Source: Candidatus Eiseniibacteriota bacterium
GTDB taxonomy: Bacteria; Eisenbacteria; RBG-16-71-46; DASYSL01
Length of the DNA: 14,340 nucleotides
Reading direction: 5' to 3'
Assembly (NCBI GenBank): GCA_046598045.1
Contig: JBKJJJ010000066.1
Location: 1-14,340, forward strand
Part shown: positions 6,504 to 13,792 of the stretch, in pieces
Layout: each line of letters begins with the position of its first letter
Numbering within the stretch: the stretch's first letter is position 1
The notes under the pieces: model-generated
What the model saw: only the letters and a program-made list of their open reading frames with translations
Database searches by the model: none
What the model was told of the DNA's origin: nothing
Program-made: the position numbers and the translations under genes

Positions 6504-7421
6504 ATGACCCATCGCAAATTCGGAATCGCATTGCTGGTCCTTGCCGCTTCGCTCGTCCCCGCCCGCGCCCACGCCGTGGGGGCGGTCGGCGACCTGTTCA
6601 TCACCAGCGATGCCTCGAACCTGGTCCGCGCCTACGGCGGCGCCTCGGGATTGCTGATCGGCACGTTCACGAACTCCGTCAATGGCAGCGGCGAGCTCGG
6701 CATCCACTTCGGCGCGGCGAACGGCCGCGTGCTGGTCGGACACTTCGGTGGGGGCGTGGATGAGTTCGACGCCGGGACCGGCGGGTTCATCAAGACCTAC
6801 GCACCCGGCGGCGGCTGGCAGTGGGCGGGCCTGTACGCGCCGAACGGCAACGTCTATATCGGCTCGCAGTTGACGGGCGACGTGCGCGAGTACGACGTCA
6901 CCACCGGCGCGTTCGTGCGCGTCGTGTGCCCGTTCGCCGGAGCGGCCGACATGGAAATCGCGCCGAACGGCCACCTCTTCGTCTGCAGCTACCAGTTCGG
7001 CAACGTCGGCGAGTTCGACGCCACGACCGGCGCGCTCATCAGCACGTGGTCGCTGCCCGCGGGCTGCGAGGCGAACGATATCGCGTTCATCCCGGGCAAC
7101 GGCATTTTCGTCACGGCCTCGCGCTGCAACCAGATCTTTCGCTACAACAACGCCCATGCGATCACGGGCGTCTTCACCGGCACGGGCATGCAGCGCCCGC
7201 ACGGCATCGCGATCAGTCCCCACACGGGCAACATCCTTGTCGCCGACGGCGTGACCACGCAGGTGCACGAGTTCGACCCAAACACGTTCGTCGAGTTGAA
7301 CGCCGCGTTCCGCCAGCCGCCGAGCGGAGACAAGATCGTGGACATCGCGTTCCGCCCCTCGGAGCCGCCGACGCCGGCAGCAAACACGACCTGGGGACGC
7401 ATCAAAGGGGCCTACCGGTAA
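6504..7421 (+). CDS. Secreted beta-propeller repeat protein (NHL/Vgb-like) with C-terminal TWGRIKGAYR motif
   Basis: Signal peptide ending AHA. About seven repeats of ~40 aa (e.g. APNGNVYIGS..VREYDVTTGAFVR, APNGHLFVCS..VGEFDATTGALIS, PHTGNILVAD..VHEFDPNT). Pro/Thr linker then TTWGRIKGAYR. GGAG SD at 6494-6497. Confidence 0.85.
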   Translation: MTHRKFGIALLVLAASLVPARAHAVGAVGDLFITSDASNLVRAYGGASGLLIGTFTNSVNGSGELGIHFGAANGRVLVGHFGGGVDEFDAGTGGFIKTYAPGGGWQWAGLYAPNGNVYIGSQLTGDVREYDVTTGAFVRVVCPFAGAADMEIAPNGHLFVCSYQFGNVGEFDATTGALISTWSLPAGCEANDIAFIPGNGIFVTASRCNQIFRYNNAHAITGVFTGTGMQRPHGIAISPHTGNILVADGVTTQVHEFDPNTFVELNAAFRQPPSGDKIVDIAFRPSEPPTPAANTTWGRIKGAYR

Positions 7422-7553
7422 CCGCCGACTGCGGGGGCCGAGTTCCGGCGCGCCCTGCACGGGCGCGTCTATGGCATGATGAGCGACACCGAGCTCGAGG
7501 CGGTGTGGGCCTACCGGCGCACGCTGCCCCCGACGCCGAAGGGCAAACGTTGA
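7422..7553 (+). pseudogene. Degenerate C-terminal fragment of a cytochrome c-like gene
   Basis: Translates as PPTAGAEFRRALHGRVYGMMSDTELEAVWAYRRTLPPTPKGKR*. This resembles the cytochrome c C-terminal helix (MSDxELxAxWAYLRTLPP). No upstream start and no CxxCH. Confidence 0.6.
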
Positions 7554-7581
7554 GCCGGATCGCCGGACCCGTGGAGAACTT

Positions 7582-8337
7582 CTGAACCAGCGGACCCTGC
7601 CGCCGATCTCGGCCGTCGTGATCACCCGGGACGAGGAGGCGAACCTCGAGCGCTGCCTCCTGAGCGCGCGCACGGTCGCCGCAGAACTCGTGGTCGTCGA
7701 CTCGGGCAGCACGGACCGGACGCTCGAGATCGCGCGCCGCCTCGCCGACGTCGTGATCGAGCGGCCCTGGCCCGGCTACGGTCCGCAGAAGCAGTTCGCG
7801 CTCGACCAGGCGCGCCACGACTGGGTGCTCGCACTCGACGCCGACGAGGTCCTGACCCCGGAGCTGGTCGGGGAGATCGGCACGTGCGCGTTCGACCAGG
7901 ACGGTTACGAGCTGCCGCGGCGCGCCTGGTACCTCGGGCGCTGGATCCTCCACGGCACGTGGTATCCGGACCCGGTACTCCGCCTGTTCCGGCGCGACCG
8001 CGCGCGCTACACGACGGACAGGGTGCACGAGGCGGTGCAGCTCTCGGGCCGCGTCGGCCGCTTCCGGGGCCATCTCGACCACTATCCGTACAGGGACCTC
8101 GCGCACCACGTGGCGAAGATGAACGCGCTCGCCACCCTCGCCGCCACCCAGATGGCCGAGCGCGGCAAGCGCGCCTCGTGGGTTCGGCTCGCGCTCAAGC
8201 CTCCGTTCGAATTCCTGCGCAGCTACGTCCTGCGGCGCGGGTTCCTCGACGGCCCACCGGGGCTGATCGCCGCCGGGATGCACGCCCACTACAACTTTCT
8301 CAAGTACGCCAAGCTCAAGGAGCGAACGCCTTCCTGA
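7582..8337 (+). CDS. Glycosyltransferase family 2 (WaaE/KdtX/LgtF-like LPS core glycosyltransferase), probable CTG start
   Basis: ISAVVITRDEEANLERCL, VVDSGSTDRT, WPGYGPQKQFA, WVLALDADE, WYPDPVLRLF, VHE, GFLDGPPG, FLKYAKL. The first beta strand lies upstream of GTG 7618; CTG 7582 has GGAG 5 nt upstream. Confidence 0.9.
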   Translation: MNQRTLPPISAVVITRDEEANLERCLLSARTVAAELVVVDSGSTDRTLEIARRLADVVIERPWPGYGPQKQFALDQARHDWVLALDADEVLTPELVGEIGTCAFDQDGYELPRRAWYLGRWILHGTWYPDPVLRLFRRDRARYTTDRVHEAVQLSGRVGRFRGHLDHYPYRDLAHHVAKMNALATLAATQMAERGKRASWVRLALKPPFEFLRSYVLRRGFLDGPPGLIAAGMHAHYNFLKYAKLKERTPS

Positions 8338-8363
8338 CGCGCTCCTCGATCGCGCCTTCCCTG

Positions 8364-8372
8364 TGGTAGTTT
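8364..8372 (+). promoter_or_regulatory. Possible extended -10 promoter for the S8 protease-hydrolase pair
   Basis: TG-g-TAGTTT in the intergenic region about 60 nt before ATG 8435. Confidence 0.4.
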
Positions 8373-8434
8373 CCTATTCGCGACCCCGCCAAAAAGAGAT
8401 CCCGCGGACCCGAACCCAAGGAACGAGTTCACCC

Positions 8435-10318
8435 ATGAATCGAATGCTGCTCCGCCTCCTCGTCCCGGCCGCGCTCGCCGGCGCGGCCCTGGCCAGCCCG
8501 GCCGCGCCCACAGCCGTGGCCGCCGACAAGATCCCGATCACCAAGCTGTCGGACCTGCCGCCGCACACCTACACGATCCCGGTGAAGCCGAGCGAGATGA
8601 TCACGAACCCGGCCGCGATCCTCGAGCTCGCCACGGCGATCGACAAGGCGATCCGCGCCGACCTCGAGAAGTACGACATCCAGGATGCCACTGCCGTGCG
8701 CCGGATGAAGGGCACGCTCGCCAACATCGCGATGCTCAAGGGCGACGCGGCGACCGCCCGCCAGTTGCTCCTCGAAGTGCGCGCGTCCCAGGACAAGCCG
8801 TCCTCGAAGATCACCTCGGGCGTGCTCGGCGAGACGCTGCTCGACACCAAGGCCCAGAATCCGGCCGACTTCGACGCGGCGCTCAAGGAGAACATGACCA
8901 GGCGCTTGAGCGCGATGCCGTACGCGATCGTGCAGGACAACCTCAAGGGCGCGAAGGGCAGCTTCGAGATCATGTCGCAGGCCGTGATGACCGGCAGCAT
9001 CGCGAGCTCGATCGACCCGGCCGCGAAGGACGGCAAGCTCAGCCAGGACCTGGCCGAGGGCGTGCTCGGGGCGGCGTTCACGATCCAGCAGATCCTGCCC
9101 CACAAGGCCGCGCTGCTCGCCGCCTACACCGCCGTGCTCGACGCCAACAAGACCGAGCAGAAGGCCGACATCTGGGCGGCGCGGGACGTCGAGCTCGACG
9201 CCGCGAAGAAGCTCACGCCGGTCACGGTCGGGATCTGGGACTCGGGCACGGACGTGAAGCTCTTCCCGACCCAGCTGTGGACGAACGCGAAGGAAGTCCC
9301 GGGCAACCTGAGGGACGATGACAAGAACGGCTTCGTCGACGACGTGCACGGCATCGCCTTCACGCTGCATGCCGACCCGACGGGCGACCTGCTGTTCCCG
9401 ATCGAGACCGCGGTCGGTGAGCCCGCCAAGTTCAAGAACGACCTCAAGGGCTTCGAGGACCTGCAGGCCAACGTCGAGAGCGCCGAGGCGACTGCGATCA
9501 AGACCAAGATCGCCGGCATGGCTCCCGACCAGGTCAAACCGTTCATCGAGGGCATCGGCGCGTTCGCCAATTACGCCCACGGCACGCACGTCGCGGGCAT
9601 CGCGGCGCGCGGCAACCCGGCGGCGCGGCTCCTGCCGTGCCGGATCACGTTCGACTACCACGCGCTCCCCGAGAAGCCCACGCTCGAGCAGGCCACGAAG
9701 GACGCGGCGGCGGCGGGGAAGAGCGTCGCCTACTTCAAGCGGCACGGCGTTCGCGTGGTGAACATGAGCTGGGGCGGCGACCTCAAGTCGGTCGAGACCG
9801 CGCTCGAGCAGAACAACGCCGGCGGGACGCCGGAGGAGCGCCGCGCCCTGGCGCGCAAGATCTACGACGTCGGCTACAACGGGCTGCTCGGCGCGATGAG
9901 GTCGGCGCCCGGCGTCCTGTTCGTGATCGCGGCCGGCAACAGCAACAACGACGTCAAGTTCGACGAGGTCATGCCGAGCTCGTTCAAGCTGCCGAATATC
10001 CTGGTGGCGGGGGCGGTGGACCAGGCCGGCGAGCAGACCTCGTTCACGAGCTTCGGCAACTGCGACGTCTACTCGGACGGGTTCGAGGTCGAGAGCTACA
10101 TCCCGGGCGGCGAGAAGATGAAGCTCTCGGGCACGAGCATGGCCGCGCCCAACGTCACGAACCTCGCGGCCAAGCTGTGGGCCGTCCACCCCGCGCTCTC
10201 GGTCGCGCAGGTCAAGGACGCGATCGTGGGCGGCGCCGATGAGAAGAAGTCGGGCGAGAAGACGATCAAGCTCATGAACCCGAAGGCGACGCTGGCGCTG
10301 TTCGACGCTATGCCCTAG
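8435..10318 (+). CDS. Secreted S8 family (subtilisin-like) serine peptidase
   Basis: Signal peptide; catalytic motifs VGIWDSG (Asp), HGTHVAG (His), AAGN (oxyanion Asn), SGTSMAAP (Ser). AAGGA upstream of ATG 8435. Confidence 0.94.
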   Translation: MNRMLLRLLVPAALAGAALASPAAPTAVAADKIPITKLSDLPPHTYTIPVKPSEMITNPAAILELATAIDKAIRADLEKYDIQDATAVRRMKGTLANIAMLKGDAATARQLLLEVRASQDKPSSKITSGVLGETLLDTKAQNPADFDAALKENMTRRLSAMPYAIVQDNLKGAKGSFEIMSQAVMTGSIASSIDPAAKDGKLSQDLAEGVLGAAFTIQQILPHKAALLAAYTAVLDANKTEQKADIWAARDVELDAAKKLTPVTVGIWDSGTDVKLFPTQLWTNAKEVPGNLRDDDKNGFVDDVHGIAFTLHADPTGDLLFPIETAVGEPAKFKNDLKGFEDLQANVESAEATAIKTKIAGMAPDQVKPFIEGIGAFANYAHGTHVAGIAARGNPAARLLPCRITFDYHALPEKPTLEQATKDAAAAGKSVAYFKRHGVRVVNMSWGGDLKSVETALEQNNAGGTPEERRALARKIYDVGYNGLLGAMRSAPGVLFVIAAGNSNNDVKFDEVMPSSFKLPNILVAGAVDQAGEQTSFTSFGNCDVYSDGFEVESYIPGGEKMKLSGTSMAAPNVTNLAAKLWAVHPALSVAQVKDAIVGGADEKKSGEKTIKLMNPKATLALFDAMP

Positions 10319-11140
10319 ATGCGGTTCGCGCGGCTCGTCCTCGCCGCCGTCGCCATGCTCGGCCTCGCAGCGCCCGGTCGGGCGTCCGCGAAGGTCCCGG
10401 CGGCGGGCCATTTCGCGAGCCTGCGCGGTATCCGCGTGTACTACGAGCTGTATGGCAAGGGTCCCGCGCTGGTCCTCCTCCACGGGGGGGCCGGCAGCGG
10501 GACGCAGTTCGAGAAGCAGATCCCCTACTTCGCGCGCCACGACCGGGTGATCGTGCCCGACGAGTGCGCGCAGGGCCGCACGAGCGACCGCCCGGGCCCG
10601 CTCAGCTACCACGCCATGGGCGAGGACGTGGTCGCGTTGCTCGATCACCTGCACGTCGCCCGCGCGGACCTGATGGGCTGGAGCGATGGGGGCGTGATCG
10701 CGCTCGATGTCGCGATGCACCATCCCGGCCGCGTCCGGCGCGTGGTCACGTTCGGCGCGAACTTCCGGGCGGACGGCCTGAACGCGCCGGACATCGCGTG
10801 GAACCAGACCGCGAACGCCGCCAGCTTCGGCCCGGAAATGCGGCGCTTCTACAACTCGGTCGCGCCCGATTCCACGCACTACGAGGCCGCCATGAACAAG
10901 GTGATCGCGCTCTGGCGCACGCAGCCCCGGTGGTCGCGGCAGGACCTCGGGCGCGTCCGCGCGCGCGTGCTGGTGGTGGCGGGGGAGCACGACGTGATTC
11001 GCCCGGATCACACGGCGGCGCTGGCGCATGCGATCCCGCACTCCAACCTGTGGATCGTGCCCGGCGCCTCGCACAGCGTGATGCAGGAGCAGCCCGATCT
11101 CGTGAACCACCGCGTGCTCGACTTCCTCGAGCGGCCCTGA
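10319..11140 (+). CDS. Secreted alpha/beta fold hydrolase
   Basis: Signal peptide ending ASA; LLHGG oxyanion motif, nucleophile elbow GWSDGG, acid GEHD, base ASH. ATG directly follows the S8 stop. Confidence 0.92.
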   Translation: MRFARLVLAAVAMLGLAAPGRASAKVPAAGHFASLRGIRVYYELYGKGPALVLLHGGAGSGTQFEKQIPYFARHDRVIVPDECAQGRTSDRPGPLSYHAMGEDVVALLDHLHVARADLMGWSDGGVIALDVAMHHPGRVRRVVTFGANFRADGLNAPDIAWNQTANAASFGPEMRRFYNSVAPDSTHYEAAMNKVIALWRTQPRWSRQDLGRVRARVLVVAGEHDVIRPDHTAALAHAIPHSNLWIVPGASHSVMQEQPDLVNHRVLDFLERP

Positions 11141-11149
11141 TCCCGGGCC

Positions 11150-12052
11150 TCACCAGCGCGCGGTATGCCCCCGCACGTCGGTGTGGACGAACGGGCCGTG
11201 GTCCTCGGCTGCCGGGTAGGCCCCGACGCCGCCGGCGAGCGCGGGGTGCGCCACCTCGACGCTCTCGACCAGCGCGGCCAGCCAGCGCGCGTCCTCGACC
11301 GTGATCTGCCCGTCCCGGTCGAGGTCGTCCATCAAGCTGTCCCCGTCCGCATCGACGAAGATGTCCGCGGCGTCGCCGTAAATGTGCCGGCTGTCCGACA
11401 CCCGGCCGCCGTTCGGGACCACGCCCTTCTGGTTGTAGGCCGGGGTGCGAAATCCCGACATCACGCGCAGCGAATCCGAGCGGCCGGCCGCCAGCAGCGC
11501 GTCGCCCACGAGCTCGAGCTTGTCGAGCAGCGCCGTGCGCAGGACGACGTACTTCGGCCAGACGTCCGCCTGGTCGTGGGTCACGAACTCGCCGAGCCGG
11601 AAGCGCGTGGAAACGCGCTGGGCGACGTTCGCCTTCGTGACCTCGATGAACCCCGCCGGCCGCACGTAGTGGTTCTCCGACCCCTCGCGCGTCTCCTGCG
11701 GCCAGAGCCCCATCCTGTAGCCATGGAGCATGCCCCGCCGCTTGGCCTCGAAGGAAACCAGCGGGATCAGGGCGAACAGCCTGCCCTCGGGCGCCGCCGC
11801 CCCGAGGTCGTAGAACCCGGGCCAGCGCGCCCCGCGCGCGGGCTTGGCGATCCGCAGGACCTGCTGGCGCCAGAACGTGATCTCCTCGCCCGGGCGCGCG
11901 AACGCGGCGCGCAGGCGCCCGCTCTCGCCGAGCACCGGCGGGGGAGGCGTGCTCGCGGGCGGCGGCTGCGCCCGCACCGCCGAGGTCGCGGCCAGGGCCG
12001 CGGCCAGCGCGAAGGCGAGCCCGGCGGGGCGGATGCGCGCGCGGAGGCTCAT
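11150..12052 (-). CDS. Secreted M15A/DUF882 (YcbK/MepK-like) LAS-type peptidoglycan metallopeptidase
   Basis: ATG 12052 overlaps the upstream stop (ATGA). Signal peptide; SGFRTPAYN, SRHIYGDAAD (H-x6-D) and FVHTD (third Zn ligand). 300 aa. Confidence 0.85.
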   Translation of the reverse strand: MSLRARIRPAGLAFALAAALAATSAVRAQPPPASTPPPPVLGESGRLRAAFARPGEEITFWRQQVLRIAKPARGARWPGFYDLGAAAPEGRLFALIPLVSFEAKRRGMLHGYRMGLWPQETREGSENHYVRPAGFIEVTKANVAQRVSTRFRLGEFVTHDQADVWPKYVVLRTALLDKLELVGDALLAAGRSDSLRVMSGFRTPAYNQKGVVPNGGRVSDSRHIYGDAADIFVDADGDSLMDDLDRDGQITVEDARWLAALVESVEVAHPALAGGVGAYPAAEDHGPFVHTDVRGHTARW

Positions 12053-13743
12053 TCGGTGTACGGGTAGCCGCGCTGGAGGATGACCTCGAGCGCGGCGTCG
12101 TGGCCGTAGAGGTCCTCGTAGAAGAACGTGCGCCCGTCCTCGCGCGCCACCGCGGTGGCGTACATCAGGTAGGTCGGGATCGCGTGCTTGAGGTAGACCT
12201 GCTTCGGCTCCGCAGCCGCCATCGCGGTGTCGATCGCCTCGGGCGTCCACTCGGGTTGGTCGCGCAGCACGAACGCCGCCAGCTCGCTCGGCCGCGAGAG
12301 CCGGATGCAGCCGTGGCTGAAGTCGCGGCGCTCGACCTCGAAGCGCTTCTTGGACGGCGTGTCGTGCAGGTAGATGTCATAGGGATTGGGCAGCATGAAC
12401 TTCACGTTGCCGAGCGAATTCGACGACCCCGGCAGTTGCCGCACCCGCACCGCGCGCCCGATGGCCGCGATGTTCTCCTTCGTCGCGGGGACGACATCCT
12501 GGCCGCGCAGCAGCTCGAAGCGCTCGCGCGCGAGGTAGTCCGGATCCTTCAAGGCCGCCGGGCGCACCTCCTTGAGCATGATCGAGACCGGCACCTCCCA
12601 GTAGGGCCGGAACACGACGTAGCGCATCGGCGCCGCGAGCACCGGCGTGTTCGTCTTGTAGGCCGTGCCGACGACGACGTCCATGCTCAGCATCGTCGCC
12701 TCGTCGTCCTCGAGCGTGCGGAACGCATCCAGCTGAAACGCGGGCAGGTTGACGAAGATCGGCGGGGCGTTGTACGCGTGCGGCAGCCAGCGCCAGCGCT
12801 CGAGCGCGAGCCGGATCTGGAGGATCCGGTCGCCGAACGGCCGATTGATGCGGTCGAGTGTCTTCTGGCCGATCCGTCCGTCCGCGTGCAGGTTCTGGCG
12901 GCGCTGAAAATTGCGCACCGCCGTGACCAGCTCGCGCGCATACACCGTATCGGCGCCCGGCGGGGGAGGGACCCGGGGCGCGAGGGAGTCCGGCAGGTCG
13001 CCGAGCGTGACCAGCAGCGTGCGCAGCCGCGCCGCGCCGGTGTAGGTGCCGCCCGGCTTGAGCGTGGCCGCGATCGCGGGCAGCGGCTCGAGCGAGGAAT
13101 CGAGCGCCAGCTGGCGGTAGGACGCGAGCGCCGCGAGCAGCAGCCGATAGTGCCGAAACGGCGGCTGCGCGTGGGCGAGCACCCCGGCAGCCAGCGCCGC
13201 GTCCGCGAGCGAGTCGACCGCGGCCGCGAGGTCGTAGGGCTCGCGCCGCAAAGCGAGCGTGTCGTGCGCCTCGTGCGGGTCGACCCGCCCGAAGCGCAGC
13301 GCGTGCAGGAAGCGCCACGCGTCGATCGTGAGCGCGAGGTCGAAGCGCGCGGCCTCGGTCGCGTCCGGCCTGCGGCCCGAGGCGTACGATGCCGCAGTGC
13401 GCGCGAGGCGCCCGGCATCGTAGTCTTCGGGCTCGAGCCCGAGCGAGTCCGCCGCCGCGAGCTGCCCGAGCAACGCCGCGCCGCCCACGCCCAGCACCGG
13501 GCCCTCGAGCCAGCGCGCCCGCCAGCCGCGCGCCGCATAGAACCGCGCGACGTCGCGCTGCGCATCCGGAAAGCGCCTCCAGCGCATCGTCGGGTGCTCG
13601 CCGCCCATGACCAGGCGCGCGATCTCCATGCCGACCGGATCGTCGGAAGCGGGCAGGGCGGTGGTGCTGTCCTGCGCCAATGCGCAGGCCGGGAGCAGGA
13701 TCGACAGCGTGAGGGCGGGAATCAGGCGGGAGAACTTGGGCAT
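12049..13743 (-). CDS. L,D-transpeptidase, YcbB/LdtD-like (scaffold + peptidoglycan-binding + YkuD domains)
   Basis: Signal peptide; FYAARGWRARW and GLEPEDY scaffold; AVRNFQRRQNLHADGRIG PG-binding; LERWRWLP, VNLPAF, VVVG..TP, PYWEVPVSI; catalytic IYLHDTP...SHGCIR. Confidence 0.94.
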   Translation of the reverse strand: MPKFSRLIPALTLSILLPACALAQDSTTALPASDDPVGMEIARLVMGGEHPTMRWRRFPDAQRDVARFYAARGWRARWLEGPVLGVGGAALLGQLAAADSLGLEPEDYDAGRLARTAASYASGRRPDATEAARFDLALTIDAWRFLHALRFGRVDPHEAHDTLALRREPYDLAAAVDSLADAALAAGVLAHAQPPFRHYRLLLAALASYRQLALDSSLEPLPAIAATLKPGGTYTGAARLRTLLVTLGDLPDSLAPRVPPPPGADTVYARELVTAVRNFQRRQNLHADGRIGQKTLDRINRPFGDRILQIRLALERWRWLPHAYNAPPIFVNLPAFQLDAFRTLEDDEATMLSMDVVVGTAYKTNTPVLAAPMRYVVFRPYWEVPVSIMLKEVRPAALKDPDYLARERFELLRGQDVVPATKENIAAIGRAVRVRQLPGSSNSLGNVKFMLPNPYDIYLHDTPSKKRFEVERRDFSHGCIRLSRPSELAAFVLRDQPEWTPEAIDTAMAAAEPKQVYLKHAIPTYLMYATAVAREDGRTFFYEDLYGHDAALEVILQRGYPYTE

Positions 13744-13749
13744 GCGCGC

Positions 13750-13778
13750 AGTCTAGGGATCGCCCTGCGGGGGAGCAA
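13750..13778 (-). promoter_or_regulatory. Sigma70-type promoter giving a probable leaderless L,D-transpeptidase mRNA
   Basis: Minus strand reads TTGCTC (13778-13773), 17 bp, TAGACT (13755-13750), GCGCGC, ATG (13743). No SD. Confidence 0.65.
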
Positions 13779-13792
13779 GGACGCGCCGCGTC

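Noticed and set aside
7419..7553. Programmed readthrough of the propeller TAA into the in-frame 43-aa extension
   Set aside because: TAA is the least leaky stop, no SECIS/PYLIS-type signal is evident, and readthrough would bury the terminal motif. Frame coincidence has a 1-in-3 chance.
11140..11150. Bidirectional terminator between the convergent hydrolase and M15 genes
   Set aside because: Only 9 bp separate the stop codons, and no convincing hairpin with T tract is present.
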